A stretch of 64,000 nt of DNA from a virus (IMGVR_UViG_3300030102_006903:49374-113373); one strand, 5' to 3'; shown: positions 18,585 to 28,212, counted from the first letter of the stretch. Notes: generated from the letters alone by a model not told the origin. Numbers and translations are program-made.

Positions 18585-20086
18585 ATAAATTTGTATATTC
18601 CAACATTGTTATTCTTAACTCTTTCTCTTAATTTCTTATGTGAAAATCCATGTATCTTTTCAAAGTTATCACAAATAACATGAAACAATTTTTTTCTGTT
18701 TTTAAAGTTTATATTTGAATCTTCTAAAATAATAGTTTCTATGTACTCTTTAAAATTTGTACCTTTTTGAAAAGCCCTTTTTTCTTGGTCTAATATTTCA
18801 TCAGGTAATTTACCTCTAAATGCATCTGCAAGTGGTCTTTTCCATTGTCCTTTATCTGATAAAAATTCATCTTGTAAATTTGTTGTATAATTTAAAAACT
18901 CTGTATCAAAGAATGGACATCTAAGTTCGATAGTTCCATAATTCATAAAAATTGTATTACCTCTTAACAAATTACCATAATGTTGTTTCTCAAATAAATT
19001 CTTTCTAACATCACTCCAATCTGGCTTTTTACTAAACATTCTAAATGTACCATATGAACCATACGATTCATCAGAACCCTCACCACTAAATGCAACTTTG
19101 ATTCCATCCTTTACCATCTCTTCTGCAATAAACGATTGTAATATACCAACTTCCATTTGAACTGTTGATGGGTATTCTATTACACTTATAGAATCAATGA
19201 ATCTTTGTTTGATTATCTTTTCATCTCTTGGTACAAATACCTCAATAAGTTCAACTCCAATTGAATCTGCACAAACTCTTGCTTTTTGTAAATCTTTTGA
19301 ATCTTGGTCAAAAGCAATTGTATATGCTTTGATATCTGGTATTCTTTGTGCAAGTAAATATGTAATGATTGCTGAATCTATTCCACCACTTAATGAAGTT
19401 GCAATAGGTACATCAGATAATAATCTTTTATCAACTGCATTTTCTAATAGTTTAAATGTAGTTTTACCAACCTCTTCATGTGATTTTGGTTTAGTTACCT
19501 CATCTGAAAATTGGAAATAAAAGTTTTCGTGTATTTTAAAATCATCTGTATCTAAATCGATTTCTATAAGAGTATTTTTAGGTACAATTTGAATATCATT
19601 TATTCCTTCTTGAGTTAAAATTGATTTTATCTCAGATGCAATGATATATTGATTGGTATTATGGATGTAGAGGGGTATTTTACCCACCCAGTCACGAGAT
19701 AATATGATTTTGTTCGTATCATATATAACAAAAGAAAACATCCCATCTAACCTCTCTAATTCGTTTTCTTTGTAAAGATATAAAATTATCTCTGAATCTG
19801 AATTAGATTTGAATTTATATCCTCTCTGTTCGTATTCTTTACGCAATTGTGGATAATTCCAAATCTCACCATTTACAATTAAATGAGTATCTTCAAATTC
19901 CATCGGTTGATTACCTAATGGAGATATATCATTTATTGATAAACGATTATGACCAAGATGAATTGTTTTATCTTTGTATAAAAATTCTTTTATACCACGA
20001 TTATCTTTTCCACGATGAGAAATCTCTTCTAACATCGTATCTACATCACTATGTTTATAACCAATCGTTGCTACGATTCCACACAT
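18581..20086 (-). CDS. asnB: asparagine synthetase B-like glutamine amidotransferase
   Basis: N-terminal MCGI (Ntn Cys), HRG.D, HNRLSI, NGEIWN, SGGIDS PP-loop, SGEGSDE, ELRCPF.D. Confidence 0.92.
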   Translation of the reverse strand: MCGIVATIGYKHSDVDTMLEEISHRGKDNRGIKEFLYKDKTIHLGHNRLSINDISPLGNQPMEFEDTHLIVNGEIWNYPQLRKEYEQRGYKFKSNSDSEIILYLYKENELERLDGMFSFVIYDTNKIILSRDWVGKIPLYIHNTNQYIIASEIKSILTQEGINDIQIVPKNTLIEIDLDTDDFKIHENFYFQFSDEVTKPKSHEEVGKTTFKLLENAVDKRLLSDVPIATSLSGGIDSAIITYLLAQRIPDIKAYTIAFDQDSKDLQKARVCADSIGVELIEVFVPRDEKIIKQRFIDSISVIEYPSTVQMEVGILQSFIAEEMVKDGIKVAFSGEGSDESYGSYGTFRMFSKKPDWSDVRKNLFEKQHYGNLLRGNTIFMNYGTIELRCPFFDTEFLNYTTNLQDEFLSDKGQWKRPLADAFRGKLPDEILDQEKRAFQKGTNFKEYIETIILEDSNINFKNRKKLFHVICDNFEKIHGFSHKKLRERVKNNNVGIYKFI

Positions 20087-20087
20087 A

Positions 20088-20786
20088 CTATCTGTTTAAT
20101 ACTTCTAATAACTTTATTGTTTTCTTTTTTTCATTATCCATATCACCGATATGACATGAACATGCAAGTGTAGTTACTTTTTCTAATTCTAATCCACTTT
20201 GTTCAGCAAGGAAATGTCCCATCTCTGTTAACGCTGTATAATCTGCGTAACCACTTTTAGATACTCTATTTGAACGAAGAATTGATGTAAGGTATAGTTT
20301 ACCATTTCTTGGTTTTAAATCAATCATACACATACAAGGTTGTGAATAAGGATTCCTTGCATCTTTAGTGGGGTCAAAGATAATTAGTTCACATCTTTTT
20401 ACTGCTTTTCCACTACTTAAAATTTTAATTACATTCTCAACCTGATTGAATTCACCTTTCCAAGATACCATTCTACCCCAATAAGATTGATGATAATGTT
20501 CTTTTATAAATTTATAATCCAAACCTTGTTCTGTTTCAAAAAATGGATTATCAGATTTCTTTTCTTCTGGTTTTAAAAATGTAACTGTCTTTGCAAAATC
20601 AATTCTATCATCACCCATTACCTCTCTAAAATATCCATCGAACCAATCATCTGATTTAAATTCTGTAATTTCAGTTACAACATTTAATTCTTCTGTAAGA
20701 TTTCCCACTCTCACACCATTTTCCAATAAATGTTTTGATACTTTCACCCATGCATCGCCAGGAGAAGTTGCTTCAATAATAGTCAT
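20088..20786 (-). CDS. thymidylate-synthase-fold enzyme, dCMP-type (dCMP hydroxymethylase-like)
   Basis: Catalytic QPC, then RNGKLYLTSILRSNRVSKSGYADY and SCHI. Asp sits at the position equivalent to E. coli ThyA N177. Confidence 0.8.
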   Translation of the reverse strand: MTIIEATSPGDAWVKVSKHLLENGVRVGNLTEELNVVTEITEFKSDDWFDGYFREVMGDDRIDFAKTVTFLKPEEKKSDNPFFETEQGLDYKFIKEHYHQSYWGRMVSWKGEFNQVENVIKILSSGKAVKRCELIIFDPTKDARNPYSQPCMCMIDLKPRNGKLYLTSILRSNRVSKSGYADYTALTEMGHFLAEQSGLELEKVTTLACSCHIGDMDNEKKKTIKLLEVLNR

Positions 20787-20787
20787 A

Positions 20788-21003
20788 TTATATTCTATTA
20801 ATTGGTATTGTTATTAAATGATAATCTGAAAATTGTGGGTGTTGTTGTGTAAAATCAATTTTATCATTTAATTTTTTTTGGTATGCATAATGTGTTTCAA
20901 TAAAATACATAACCTCAGTTCCATCGATACTTTTAAGTTTTTTACTTTTGTTGATAGGAACTTGTGGAGTTCCTTTAATTTTAGTTGGTTTTTTTTCGTC
21001 CAT
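20788..21003 (-). CDS. hypothetical protein (first gene of the putative modification operon)
   Basis: 71 aa ORF immediately after the promoter at 21023-21054. Confidence 0.65.
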   Translation of the reverse strand: MDEKKPTKIKGTPQVPINKSKKLKSIDGTEVMYFIETHYAYQKKLNDKIDFTQQHPQFSDYHLITIPINRI

Positions 21004-21022
21004 AGAATTTATTTAAGTTATA

Positions 21023-21054
21023 CAAAGATAAGAAAAAAATTTTAATTTTACAAA
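21023..21054 (-). promoter_or_regulatory. Bacteroidota-type -33/-7 promoter of the putative modification operon
   Basis: TTTG-N20-TATCTTTG. Confidence 0.75.
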
Positions 21055-21236
21055 TGTTTCCAAGTTTTTCTTTTGCCAATTTCTTCCACATTCCAAGGAC
21101 TTATGTTAAAATTCCTTGCAATTATGTTTGAACTAAACCCCTTTTCGTACAAATCTCGTATCTGATATACTTGATTATTATTTAGTTTAGCTCTAGGATG
21201 TGATTCTCCTCTTAATATTTTACGAGTTGATTTCAT
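21048..21236 (-). CDS. stand-alone helix-turn-helix domain like the C-terminus of HNH homing endonucleases
   Basis: RGESHPRAKL...V.QIR...IARNFNIS...I..RKTWKHL. Confidence 0.7.
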   Translation of the reverse strand: MKSTRKILRGESHPRAKLNNNQVYQIRDLYEKGFSSNIIARNFNISPWNVEEIGKRKTWKHL

Positions 21237-21483
21237 TTAAAGCATTTGTATAGGCAAGTTCTGATTGTAATCCTGCGAATCTCTGAAGTTCTTCTCCATC
21301 TTTCTCAATAATTACAGTAGGGACTGACCTTACATAATACTTTTGTGCAACTTCGAACTGAGAATCGATATCGATATCCTCAAAATTAATTGTTGTGAAC
21401 TTTGTTTTTACTTGTTCCATAATCGGTGTTAGCATTTTACATGGGCCACACCATTCTGCGTAAAATTTTTTAACTGTTATCAT
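21220..21483 (-). CDS. trxA: thioredoxin
   Basis: WCGPC motif and VRSVPT; directly after nrdA. Confidence 0.92.
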   Translation of the reverse strand: MITVKKFYAEWCGPCKMLTPIMEQVKTKFTTINFEDIDIDSQFEVAQKYYVRSVPTVIIEKDGEELQRFAGLQSELAYTNALNEINS

Positions 21484-21498
21484 TTTTTTCTCCTATTT

Positions 21499-23280
21499 TT
21501 AACCATCACACGCAACACAATCTGGGTCTACTGCTCTAGTTGCAATATCTCCTCTAAGAACTGATTCAGTTCTCATATAATATAGAGTTTTAATTCCTTG
21601 TTTCCAAGCCTCTAATGTAACTTGATTTATCCACTTCGGTGTTGCAATCGAAGGGAAAGCTAAATTTAATGAAACTCCTTGGTCAATATACTGTTGTCTA
21701 ACACCAGCCTGTTTTACCAAGTCCATTTGATTAATTTCTTTGAATGTTCTAAAAACATCTTTTACAGGATAAACTTTTTCTCTTTCTCCATTAGTAATTT
21801 CTTCACAAAGTACCATTTTACCTTCTAAGTAACACCACTTATCAAGTTCTTTGATATCTTGTACTGAACCACCATCTTCCAAAATTTTATCCCAAGTTTC
21901 TTTATTATTAACACCTGCTTTTCTTAATACCTTTACTAACTCACCATTTTTTCTGATGAATGTACCTTTTGAAGTTTGTTCAGTAAATACATTCGCTGCC
22001 CATGGTTCGATACCAGCAGATACATTTCCAGCTAATTTAGAATTACTTACTGTTGGAGCAACTGCTCTTAAGTGAGTATTTCTAAATCCACTTTCTCTAC
22101 ACCATAGAGGTTCACCCATTTCAGATGCCATATCTCTTGATGCTCTTTCTGATTCTATCTTTAACTGAGAAAAAATCTTACGAGTTTCAAATTGTGCCTC
22201 CATACCTTCAAATGGAATACCATTTTGTTGTAGGTAAGTGTGCCATCCTAAAACTCCTAATCCTAATGCTCTACCTTTTTCAGCAGATGCAACAGAGTTT
22301 TCAAATCCTCTCATGTTTTTTGCTTTTTGAATAAACTCTGAAAGAACACCATCTAAAAACCAAGTTGCTGTATAAACTAAATCAGTATCTCTCCACTCAT
22401 TGTATTTAGCAAGATTTACTGATGATAAACAACAAACAAAGGAATGGTTTTCATCTGTGTGTAAAGTAATTTCAGAACATATGTTTGTCATATGTACTTT
22501 CAATCCATTTTTTTTGTACATCTCAGGATTAGATTTATTAATATTTCCTTTGTACATGATGTATGGTTCACCAGTTGCTTTTCTTTTTTGTAGTAATTTT
22601 CCCCACCTTCTTCGTGCATCAGGTTCTCCTTGTTCAAGTTTTCTCATAAACTTATCACCTACAACTGCACATTGGTGTAGATTAAGTGATTGTCTATTTA
22701 CATCTCCTTTAGGTTCTCTGATTTCTAACCAATCTTCAAAATCTTCATGTTCGATATTAAGGTTAACAGATGCTGCTCCTCTTCTTACTGAACCTTGGTT
22801 TGTAGCAAGGATTGTAGAATCATATATTTTACAGAATGGTACAACACCATCAGATGTTCCATTACCTGTAATGGTAGCACCAGCAGGTCTTATTTGGTTT
22901 ACACCAATACCAACTCCACCACCATGTTTAGCAAGTAACATTAGTTCTAAGTTTTTAGAACCAATATCGTATATTGAATCGGCAACATCAATACCAAAAC
23001 AAGATATAGGTAATCCTCTATCAGTGCCAGTATTTGAAAGAACTGGTGTTGCTAAGTTTAACCAACCTTTCCATATATAATCAAAAAACTTAGTTGCCAG
23101 TTGAGGTTTGTTTAATCTTTGAGCAACTCTTGTTGCAACTCTCCAATAAGCATCTTTTGGTTTTTCACCTGGTAATAGGTATCCTTTAGATATTGTTTTT
23201 ACATAAATTTCTGTATTTCCCCAAGAAGGAAAATCAACATCGATTTCCCAACCTAATTCTTCGCCGTAGTTTTTTGCCAT
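21499..23280 (-). CDS. nrdA: ribonucleotide reductase class I alpha subunit (short form, no ATP cone)
   Basis: ATPVLSN, PISCF, TNICSEI, VCCLSS, APTVS, KTLYY, and C-terminal CVAC. Confidence 0.95.
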   Translation of the reverse strand: MAKNYGEELGWEIDVDFPSWGNTEIYVKTISKGYLLPGEKPKDAYWRVATRVAQRLNKPQLATKFFDYIWKGWLNLATPVLSNTGTDRGLPISCFGIDVADSIYDIGSKNLELMLLAKHGGGVGIGVNQIRPAGATITGNGTSDGVVPFCKIYDSTILATNQGSVRRGAASVNLNIEHEDFEDWLEIREPKGDVNRQSLNLHQCAVVGDKFMRKLEQGEPDARRRWGKLLQKRKATGEPYIMYKGNINKSNPEMYKKNGLKVHMTNICSEITLHTDENHSFVCCLSSVNLAKYNEWRDTDLVYTATWFLDGVLSEFIQKAKNMRGFENSVASAEKGRALGLGVLGWHTYLQQNGIPFEGMEAQFETRKIFSQLKIESERASRDMASEMGEPLWCRESGFRNTHLRAVAPTVSNSKLAGNVSAGIEPWAANVFTEQTSKGTFIRKNGELVKVLRKAGVNNKETWDKILEDGGSVQDIKELDKWCYLEGKMVLCEEITNGEREKVYPVKDVFRTFKEINQMDLVKQAGVRQQYIDQGVSLNLAFPSIATPKWINQVTLEAWKQGIKTLYYMRTESVLRGDIATRAVDPDCVACDG

Positions 23281-24398
23281 TATATTAAATTTTTTACTAA
23301 ATCGTTATTTTTTACAAGTATCAATATTTGATATTTTTCATTTTTTGTAACACTTTTATAAGTTACATGCTGGTATGGTTTATAAATTAAACATTCACCA
23401 ACTTTTGGTTTTATTAATGAAAATGTATTTCTATCGTTTTTATACCATTCATCATAAACCTCAACCTCACCACCTTCATAATCATCATTCAAAGTTATAT
23501 CATAGGTAGTAACATATTGTTTTTTATCATCAAAAGGCATATCTTTGATTGTTTCTACATGTCTATCGTATTTATTGCCTTCTTCATATTTTACAAAAAC
23601 ACAATCTACCTTATTCATATCAATTGGTTTAAATTTTGAAAATAAAGTATTATTGATAATTTTTTCAAATTCTTTATTATACTTTAGTTTTCTTCTAAAC
23701 CACTTTCTTTTATGTAGTATTCCTTCAACTTCTTTTTCTACATCCTCAAAAGACAAATTATCTTTGTTTTCTGAAATTAATTTACTACATAATTCTGTTG
23801 TTAAAATATTTTTAGAATCGTAAAACTTATCTTTTCTAAATTCCCCACCTACAAAATATGTCCAGCATATTGTATGGTAAGGTTTTAACAATAGTTCGTA
23901 ACCTTCTTGTTGTAGACCCATTGCTTTTGAATTTAGTAAATCTAAACTTTTAAGTTCAGCATATTCATAAATCGATAAACAACAATTTTCATTTGAGATT
24001 AATTTTGCATAATCTTCAAACTTTGAATAATTTTTATCCTCATAGGTATCCATAAAGATACCATCAAATTTTTTACTAAGAGTTGGAATTACATCTATCC
24101 AATCTCCGAAGATAATTTCTACATTATCTTTATCTTTTGCCCACTCAATTGCTGTATCATAAATTTGTTTATTGATTTCGATACAAGTGTAACTCTTAAC
24201 ACCCATAGAGTAAAATCTATTAGCAGAGTAACCTAAACCAAAACCAATATCTAAAATATGACCACCACCTTTTCCAACTACATTACAAAACTCTTCTGTA
24301 AGTGGTTTTGCTATTTTATCCATAACGATACCTTTATTTTTGATACCATCAGAATAAAATATTCTATCCTTTGTTATCGTAACCTTTTTATTTTTCAA
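23280..24398 (-). CDS. fusion of a class I SAM methyltransferase (GAMT/Rmt2-like) and a 2OG-Fe(II) oxygenase-like domain
   Basis: ILDIGFGLG, IEIN, GDW, FDGIFMDTY; then Y..G..Y.RHVE...LNDDYEGGE. TTG start. Confidence 0.75.
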   Translation of the reverse strand: MKNKKVTITKDRIFYSDGIKNKGIVMDKIAKPLTEEFCNVVGKGGGHILDIGFGLGYSANRFYSMGVKSYTCIEINKQIYDTAIEWAKDKDNVEIIFGDWIDVIPTLSKKFDGIFMDTYEDKNYSKFEDYAKLISNENCCLSIYEYAELKSLDLLNSKAMGLQQEGYELLLKPYHTICWTYFVGGEFRKDKFYDSKNILTTELCSKLISENKDNLSFEDVEKEVEGILHKRKWFRRKLKYNKEFEKIINNTLFSKFKPIDMNKVDCVFVKYEEGNKYDRHVETIKDMPFDDKKQYVTTYDITLNDDYEGGEVEVYDEWYKNDRNTFSLIKPKVGECLIYKPYQHVTYKSVTKNEKYQILILVKNNDLVKNLI

Positions 24399-24401
24399 AT
24401 T

Positions 24402-25397
24402 TTAAAATAAATCGTCCCAATCCTCACCTTCATTTGCTTTAGAATAATCGGTTGGTCTAATAGCGAAGAAATCGGTGTGAGTGTGTCCACCAGTTAAATG
24501 ATAGAACCATTCTAAGTTTTCTGCCTTCTTTTTATCGAATTCAAAAATTGGTTCGTATCCTAATTCTTTTAATTTTGTGTTTGTTCTATCTTTGATAAAT
24601 TCTTTTAAATCTTCTTTTTTAAGATTTTCTAAATCACCTAGTTCAAACATTTTATCAATAAATTTAGATTCTAATTCTACAATAAGTTTTGCAGCCTTTT
24701 GAATTGATTCTTTACATTCATCTAATAACTCAGGATATTCATCACACATATGTCTGAATAATTGACAACCCATTCTTGAATGTAGAGATTCATCTCTTAC
24801 ACTCCACTTCATTTGTTGTCCAATACCTTTTAGTAAGTTTCTCATTTGAAATGAGTAAAGTACCGCAAAAGAAGAATATAAACTAACTCCCTCTGCGAAT
24901 GCTGAAAAGATTGCTAAACTTCTACCAACCTCTTGTCTTGCTTTTGGATTTGTTGCCAAATCTTCATGTTTCCATTCAGCGGTAGTTGAGGTTAGGAGTT
25001 CAAACTTCTCTGCTACTGCAGGTTCATGCAAGAATGCCGAGAAGTCCTCTAATCCTAATGTTTCATTTAGATACGAATAAGCTGTAGCGTGAATTGTTTC
25101 TTGTGAACCAAACATCATTGCCATTTGTCTGATTTCATGTTTTGGAAACCAATCAGTAACCATGTTAGTCCAATAATCAGAAACTGCACATTCGGTTTGA
25201 GCAAATCCAAGTAGAATGTTCCCAACCAAATTCTTTTCTTCAGGTGTTAACTTTTCGTTCCAATCTTTAACATCCATTTGCATGGGTATTTCTGTGTGTA
25301 ACCAAAATGCTTGTGCCTGTTTTAACCAACCTTCTGTATAATAGATTGGATATTCGAATGGTTTAAATGGGATTCTTTCTTGGAATAATTTGCTCAT
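24402..25397 (-). CDS. nrdB: ribonucleotide reductase class Ia beta subunit
   Basis: ETIHATAY, EGVSLYSSF and DESLH diiron motifs. Confidence 0.95.
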   Translation of the reverse strand: MSKLFQERIPFKPFEYPIYYTEGWLKQAQAFWLHTEIPMQMDVKDWNEKLTPEEKNLVGNILLGFAQTECAVSDYWTNMVTDWFPKHEIRQMAMMFGSQETIHATAYSYLNETLGLEDFSAFLHEPAVAEKFELLTSTTAEWKHEDLATNPKARQEVGRSLAIFSAFAEGVSLYSSFAVLYSFQMRNLLKGIGQQMKWSVRDESLHSRMGCQLFRHMCDEYPELLDECKESIQKAAKLIVELESKFIDKMFELGDLENLKKEDLKEFIKDRTNTKLKELGYEPIFEFDKKKAENLEWFYHLTGGHTHTDFFAIRPTDYSKANEGEDWDDLF

Positions 25398-25413
25398 GAT
25401 ATAACCTATGTTT

Positions 25414-25584
25414 TTATTTGTTTTCTTCTACTGATGCTTTTCTGTAATCTGTTACTAATTTTTTGATTTCACCAATTGCTTTTCTAGCTCTTGATTTAGC
25501 TGCTTTTGATGAACCATTGTGTTCTGTTTCGAATTGAGTATATAACTCTTTAATTTGTTCGAAGATTTCGTTTGAATTTGCCAT
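25414..25584 (-). CDS. histone H1-like Hc1 family protein
   Basis: KAAKSRARKAIGEIKKLVTDYRKASV. Start set at MANSNE, which has AAGGA upstream. Confidence 0.8.
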   Translation of the reverse strand: MANSNEIFEQIKELYTQFETEHNGSSKAAKSRARKAIGEIKKLVTDYRKASVEENK

Positions 25585-25743
25585 AAAATATTCCTTTTTT
25601 AAATTTATTTTTGAAGTGACCAACATACTGGTCGTGTTTATAATTATTGTATATATTGAAAAACGAAAAGAATTTCATATTATTTTTTATTTTACCATAC
25701 AATAAAGGTTTTCTATCTATCTCTGTTAAAATTTTTTGATATA

Positions 25744-27102
25744 CTAACCCATATTTTCTACATACTTTTTGTGTAAAAGTTTTTTTGTTTCTAATTGTCC
25801 ACTTGCAGCTTGTTTTTGAGCAATAACACCATCTGGTGAGTTCTGTTCAAAAACTTCAATGTAACCTGTATTTGTGTTCATTTTACATGGGAATGTAATT
25901 CCATCAGGTCCAAATCTGTTTTTCATAATATGTGCTCGAGCAGTATCATTTAGTTTATCTTTTGATTTTCTACTCCAACTCATAATGAAATCTGCATTCA
26001 TTACTTTTGCATATGAATCAGCAATTTTATCTGCTTCGATAACTTCTGAATCAATGGCTGAACGATTGGTTTGAGATGCAGTCCATATTGGAATTTCCAA
26101 TTCACCACTCATACCACGAAGGTCGATGTAAACCCCTCCTTGTTCCGCATAAGTAGAGTCTGTCTTATTGGAATGGGAGAGTAAAAGGTCTGCATAATCT
26201 ACAATAATAACATCGGGCTTGTTATCTGTTGCAATCATCTTCTCTATGTGTTGTTGTAACTTTTTGACTGTAACACCTTTTGGTGGAAAATACTTAATAA
26301 GTAGTTTTCCTTTTAACCCTTCTATTTTACTTCTTACTTCTTCTTTTCTGTCTTTTATATCAACAGAAGGTATTTGTGTAAATACAGTATCATATCTTGC
26401 ACCTACATAGTGTTCAGATAATTCTAATGTATAGTGAACTACACTCAAACCTTGTCGAACAGCCGAAGCTCCTATTGCGGTAAGTATCCATGTCTTACCA
26501 ACACCAGATGGGGCAACAACAACTCCAAGTTCACCAGGTCCTAAACCACCATCCATCAAATCATTGATTGGTTGCCAGTTGGTTGGTACAACATTTCTTT
26601 TGAGTTCTGTAACCCTATCTTCAAAACTTTCTATATAATCAGTTCCTAAATCTGTATCATTACCGATTTTAGTTGCTTTATCAACTAAATCTTTAATTCT
26701 ATCATAATTTCCTGCTTTTAATAAATCTACTGATTGTAGAATTACTCCTTTTAGGTTTTGGTTTATACAAAAGTTTGTAAATTCGTTTTTAATGTAATCT
26801 AAATCAACATTACCGATTTGAGTAAAAACATGACGGAGTTGTTCCACCACAGTTTTCTTAAGTATCTCATTATCTAACTTTGCTAATTGTCCTTTGAATA
26901 CATCAAGGGTTGGAGGTTTTTTGTAATCTTCGTGATATCCAAGTATTTCAGATACAATCCATTTATTTGCATCGTTCTCGAAAAACTTAGAAGTTGTTAC
27001 TTCAGATATTGTATCTAAAAACTTACCATCTGTAAGTAATGCGGATACAACCTTAGATTGAAAAGATTGTCCATATTTTGATAAAGTATCTATATCCTGC
27101 AT
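25744..27102 (-). CDS. replicative DnaB-like helicase (T4 gp41-like)
   Basis: APSGVGKT, TLELS, IVDYAD, TASQTNR, KNRFG. Confidence 0.95.
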   Translation of the reverse strand: MQDIDTLSKYGQSFQSKVVSALLTDGKFLDTISEVTTSKFFENDANKWIVSEILGYHEDYKKPPTLDVFKGQLAKLDNEILKKTVVEQLRHVFTQIGNVDLDYIKNEFTNFCINQNLKGVILQSVDLLKAGNYDRIKDLVDKATKIGNDTDLGTDYIESFEDRVTELKRNVVPTNWQPINDLMDGGLGPGELGVVVAPSGVGKTWILTAIGASAVRQGLSVVHYTLELSEHYVGARYDTVFTQIPSVDIKDRKEEVRSKIEGLKGKLLIKYFPPKGVTVKKLQQHIEKMIATDNKPDVIIVDYADLLLSHSNKTDSTYAEQGGVYIDLRGMSGELEIPIWTASQTNRSAIDSEVIEADKIADSYAKVMNADFIMSWSRKSKDKLNDTARAHIMKNRFGPDGITFPCKMNTNTGYIEVFEQNSPDGVIAQKQAASGQLETKKLLHKKYVENMG

Positions 27103-27124
27103 TTATTGACTCTAATTGTAACTA

Positions 27125-27156
27125 CAAATATACGAAAAATATTTTTAAAATCCAAA
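27125..27156 (-). promoter_or_regulatory. Bacteroidota-type -33/-7 promoter
   Basis: TTTG-N20-TATATTTG upstream of the helicase. Confidence 0.8.
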
Positions 27157-28212
27157 TTATTTTGTAATAATATTTCCAAAAGTAATTTTTAACCAATCAT
27201 TAATATCACCAAAGTTATTAACAACTTTATATTTTAATAAAATTTTTAAGAAATCAATTTTATTAAGTGGTTTTATTTTTTCATTAAATCTATCTAAAAC
27301 TTTCATTTTTATCTGACCCGATATATCAACATCTTTCAATTGCATTAATTTTTCATTTAGATATATTTGTTTCTTGGCTTTTAAAATATCATTGTATATT
27401 TTTATTTTTCCTTTTGTTTCTTCTATCTTTTGTTCAGTTAATTCAAACAAATCATCAACTGTAACTAATTTTTCTTCTGTTATCTCTGGAAATCTTTTGA
27501 TTAAAGTTTTGATACCACAACCATAAACTCCAGGTATATTATCAGATTTATCACCATCAAGAACTCGATATACTAAAATATTTTTAGCATCAATTCCATA
27601 TTCTTCAAAAACTGATTTTCTATTATAAATTTTCTTTTTGGTTGGTGACCAGACGATAGTATTTTCATCAACTAATTGTAGGAAATCCTTATCAGTTGAC
27701 ATTACTACCGCCTGTTCTTTATCTTTAAGAATGTGTGTAGTGATATACGCCATAACATCATCAGCCTCAACACCATCGTAAATCATAGTTGTGATTGGTA
27801 ATCCATCTAACATTTCATTTAACCAAACGAACTGTCTTTTCATAGATTCTCTCTCATCTTCATCATTCATTAAATCTGAATATGCACGATTTACTCTGAG
27901 TTTATTCTTATCTCTGTTAGCTTTATAACCACTAAACTGTTTTTTTCTTTTTATAGAGCCACCCTTACCATCAAATACTACAACAACACGAGTCGGTTGT
28001 ACTTGTCTAATTGCGTAACCTATTGATTTTAGAGCACCAGTAACACCACCAACATGGTCACCATCATCATTCATTGTAGGAATGGATGACCAACATCTGA
28101 TGAATGTATTTAGACCATCGATAATTAAAACTCTATCGTTTTGTTTTCTATCGATATTTTGGTCATGGTCTCTTTCAACCGAATCTAATATGTTTTTGTA
28201 GAGTTGTTTCAT
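27157..28212 (-). CDS. 5'-3' exonuclease / flap endonuclease (T4 RNase H, PolI N-terminal type)
   Basis: IIDGLN, VVFDG, YKANR, EADD, STDKD, GDKSDNIPGV.GCG.KT. Confidence 0.93.
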   Translation of the reverse strand: MKQLYKNILDSVERDHDQNIDRKQNDRVLIIDGLNTFIRCWSSIPTMNDDGDHVGGVTGALKSIGYAIRQVQPTRVVVVFDGKGGSIKRKKQFSGYKANRDKNKLRVNRAYSDLMNDEDERESMKRQFVWLNEMLDGLPITTMIYDGVEADDVMAYITTHILKDKEQAVVMSTDKDFLQLVDENTIVWSPTKKKIYNRKSVFEEYGIDAKNILVYRVLDGDKSDNIPGVYGCGIKTLIKRFPEITEEKLVTVDDLFELTEQKIEETKGKIKIYNDILKAKKQIYLNEKLMQLKDVDISGQIKMKVLDRFNEKIKPLNKIDFLKILLKYKVVNNFGDINDWLKITFGNIITK

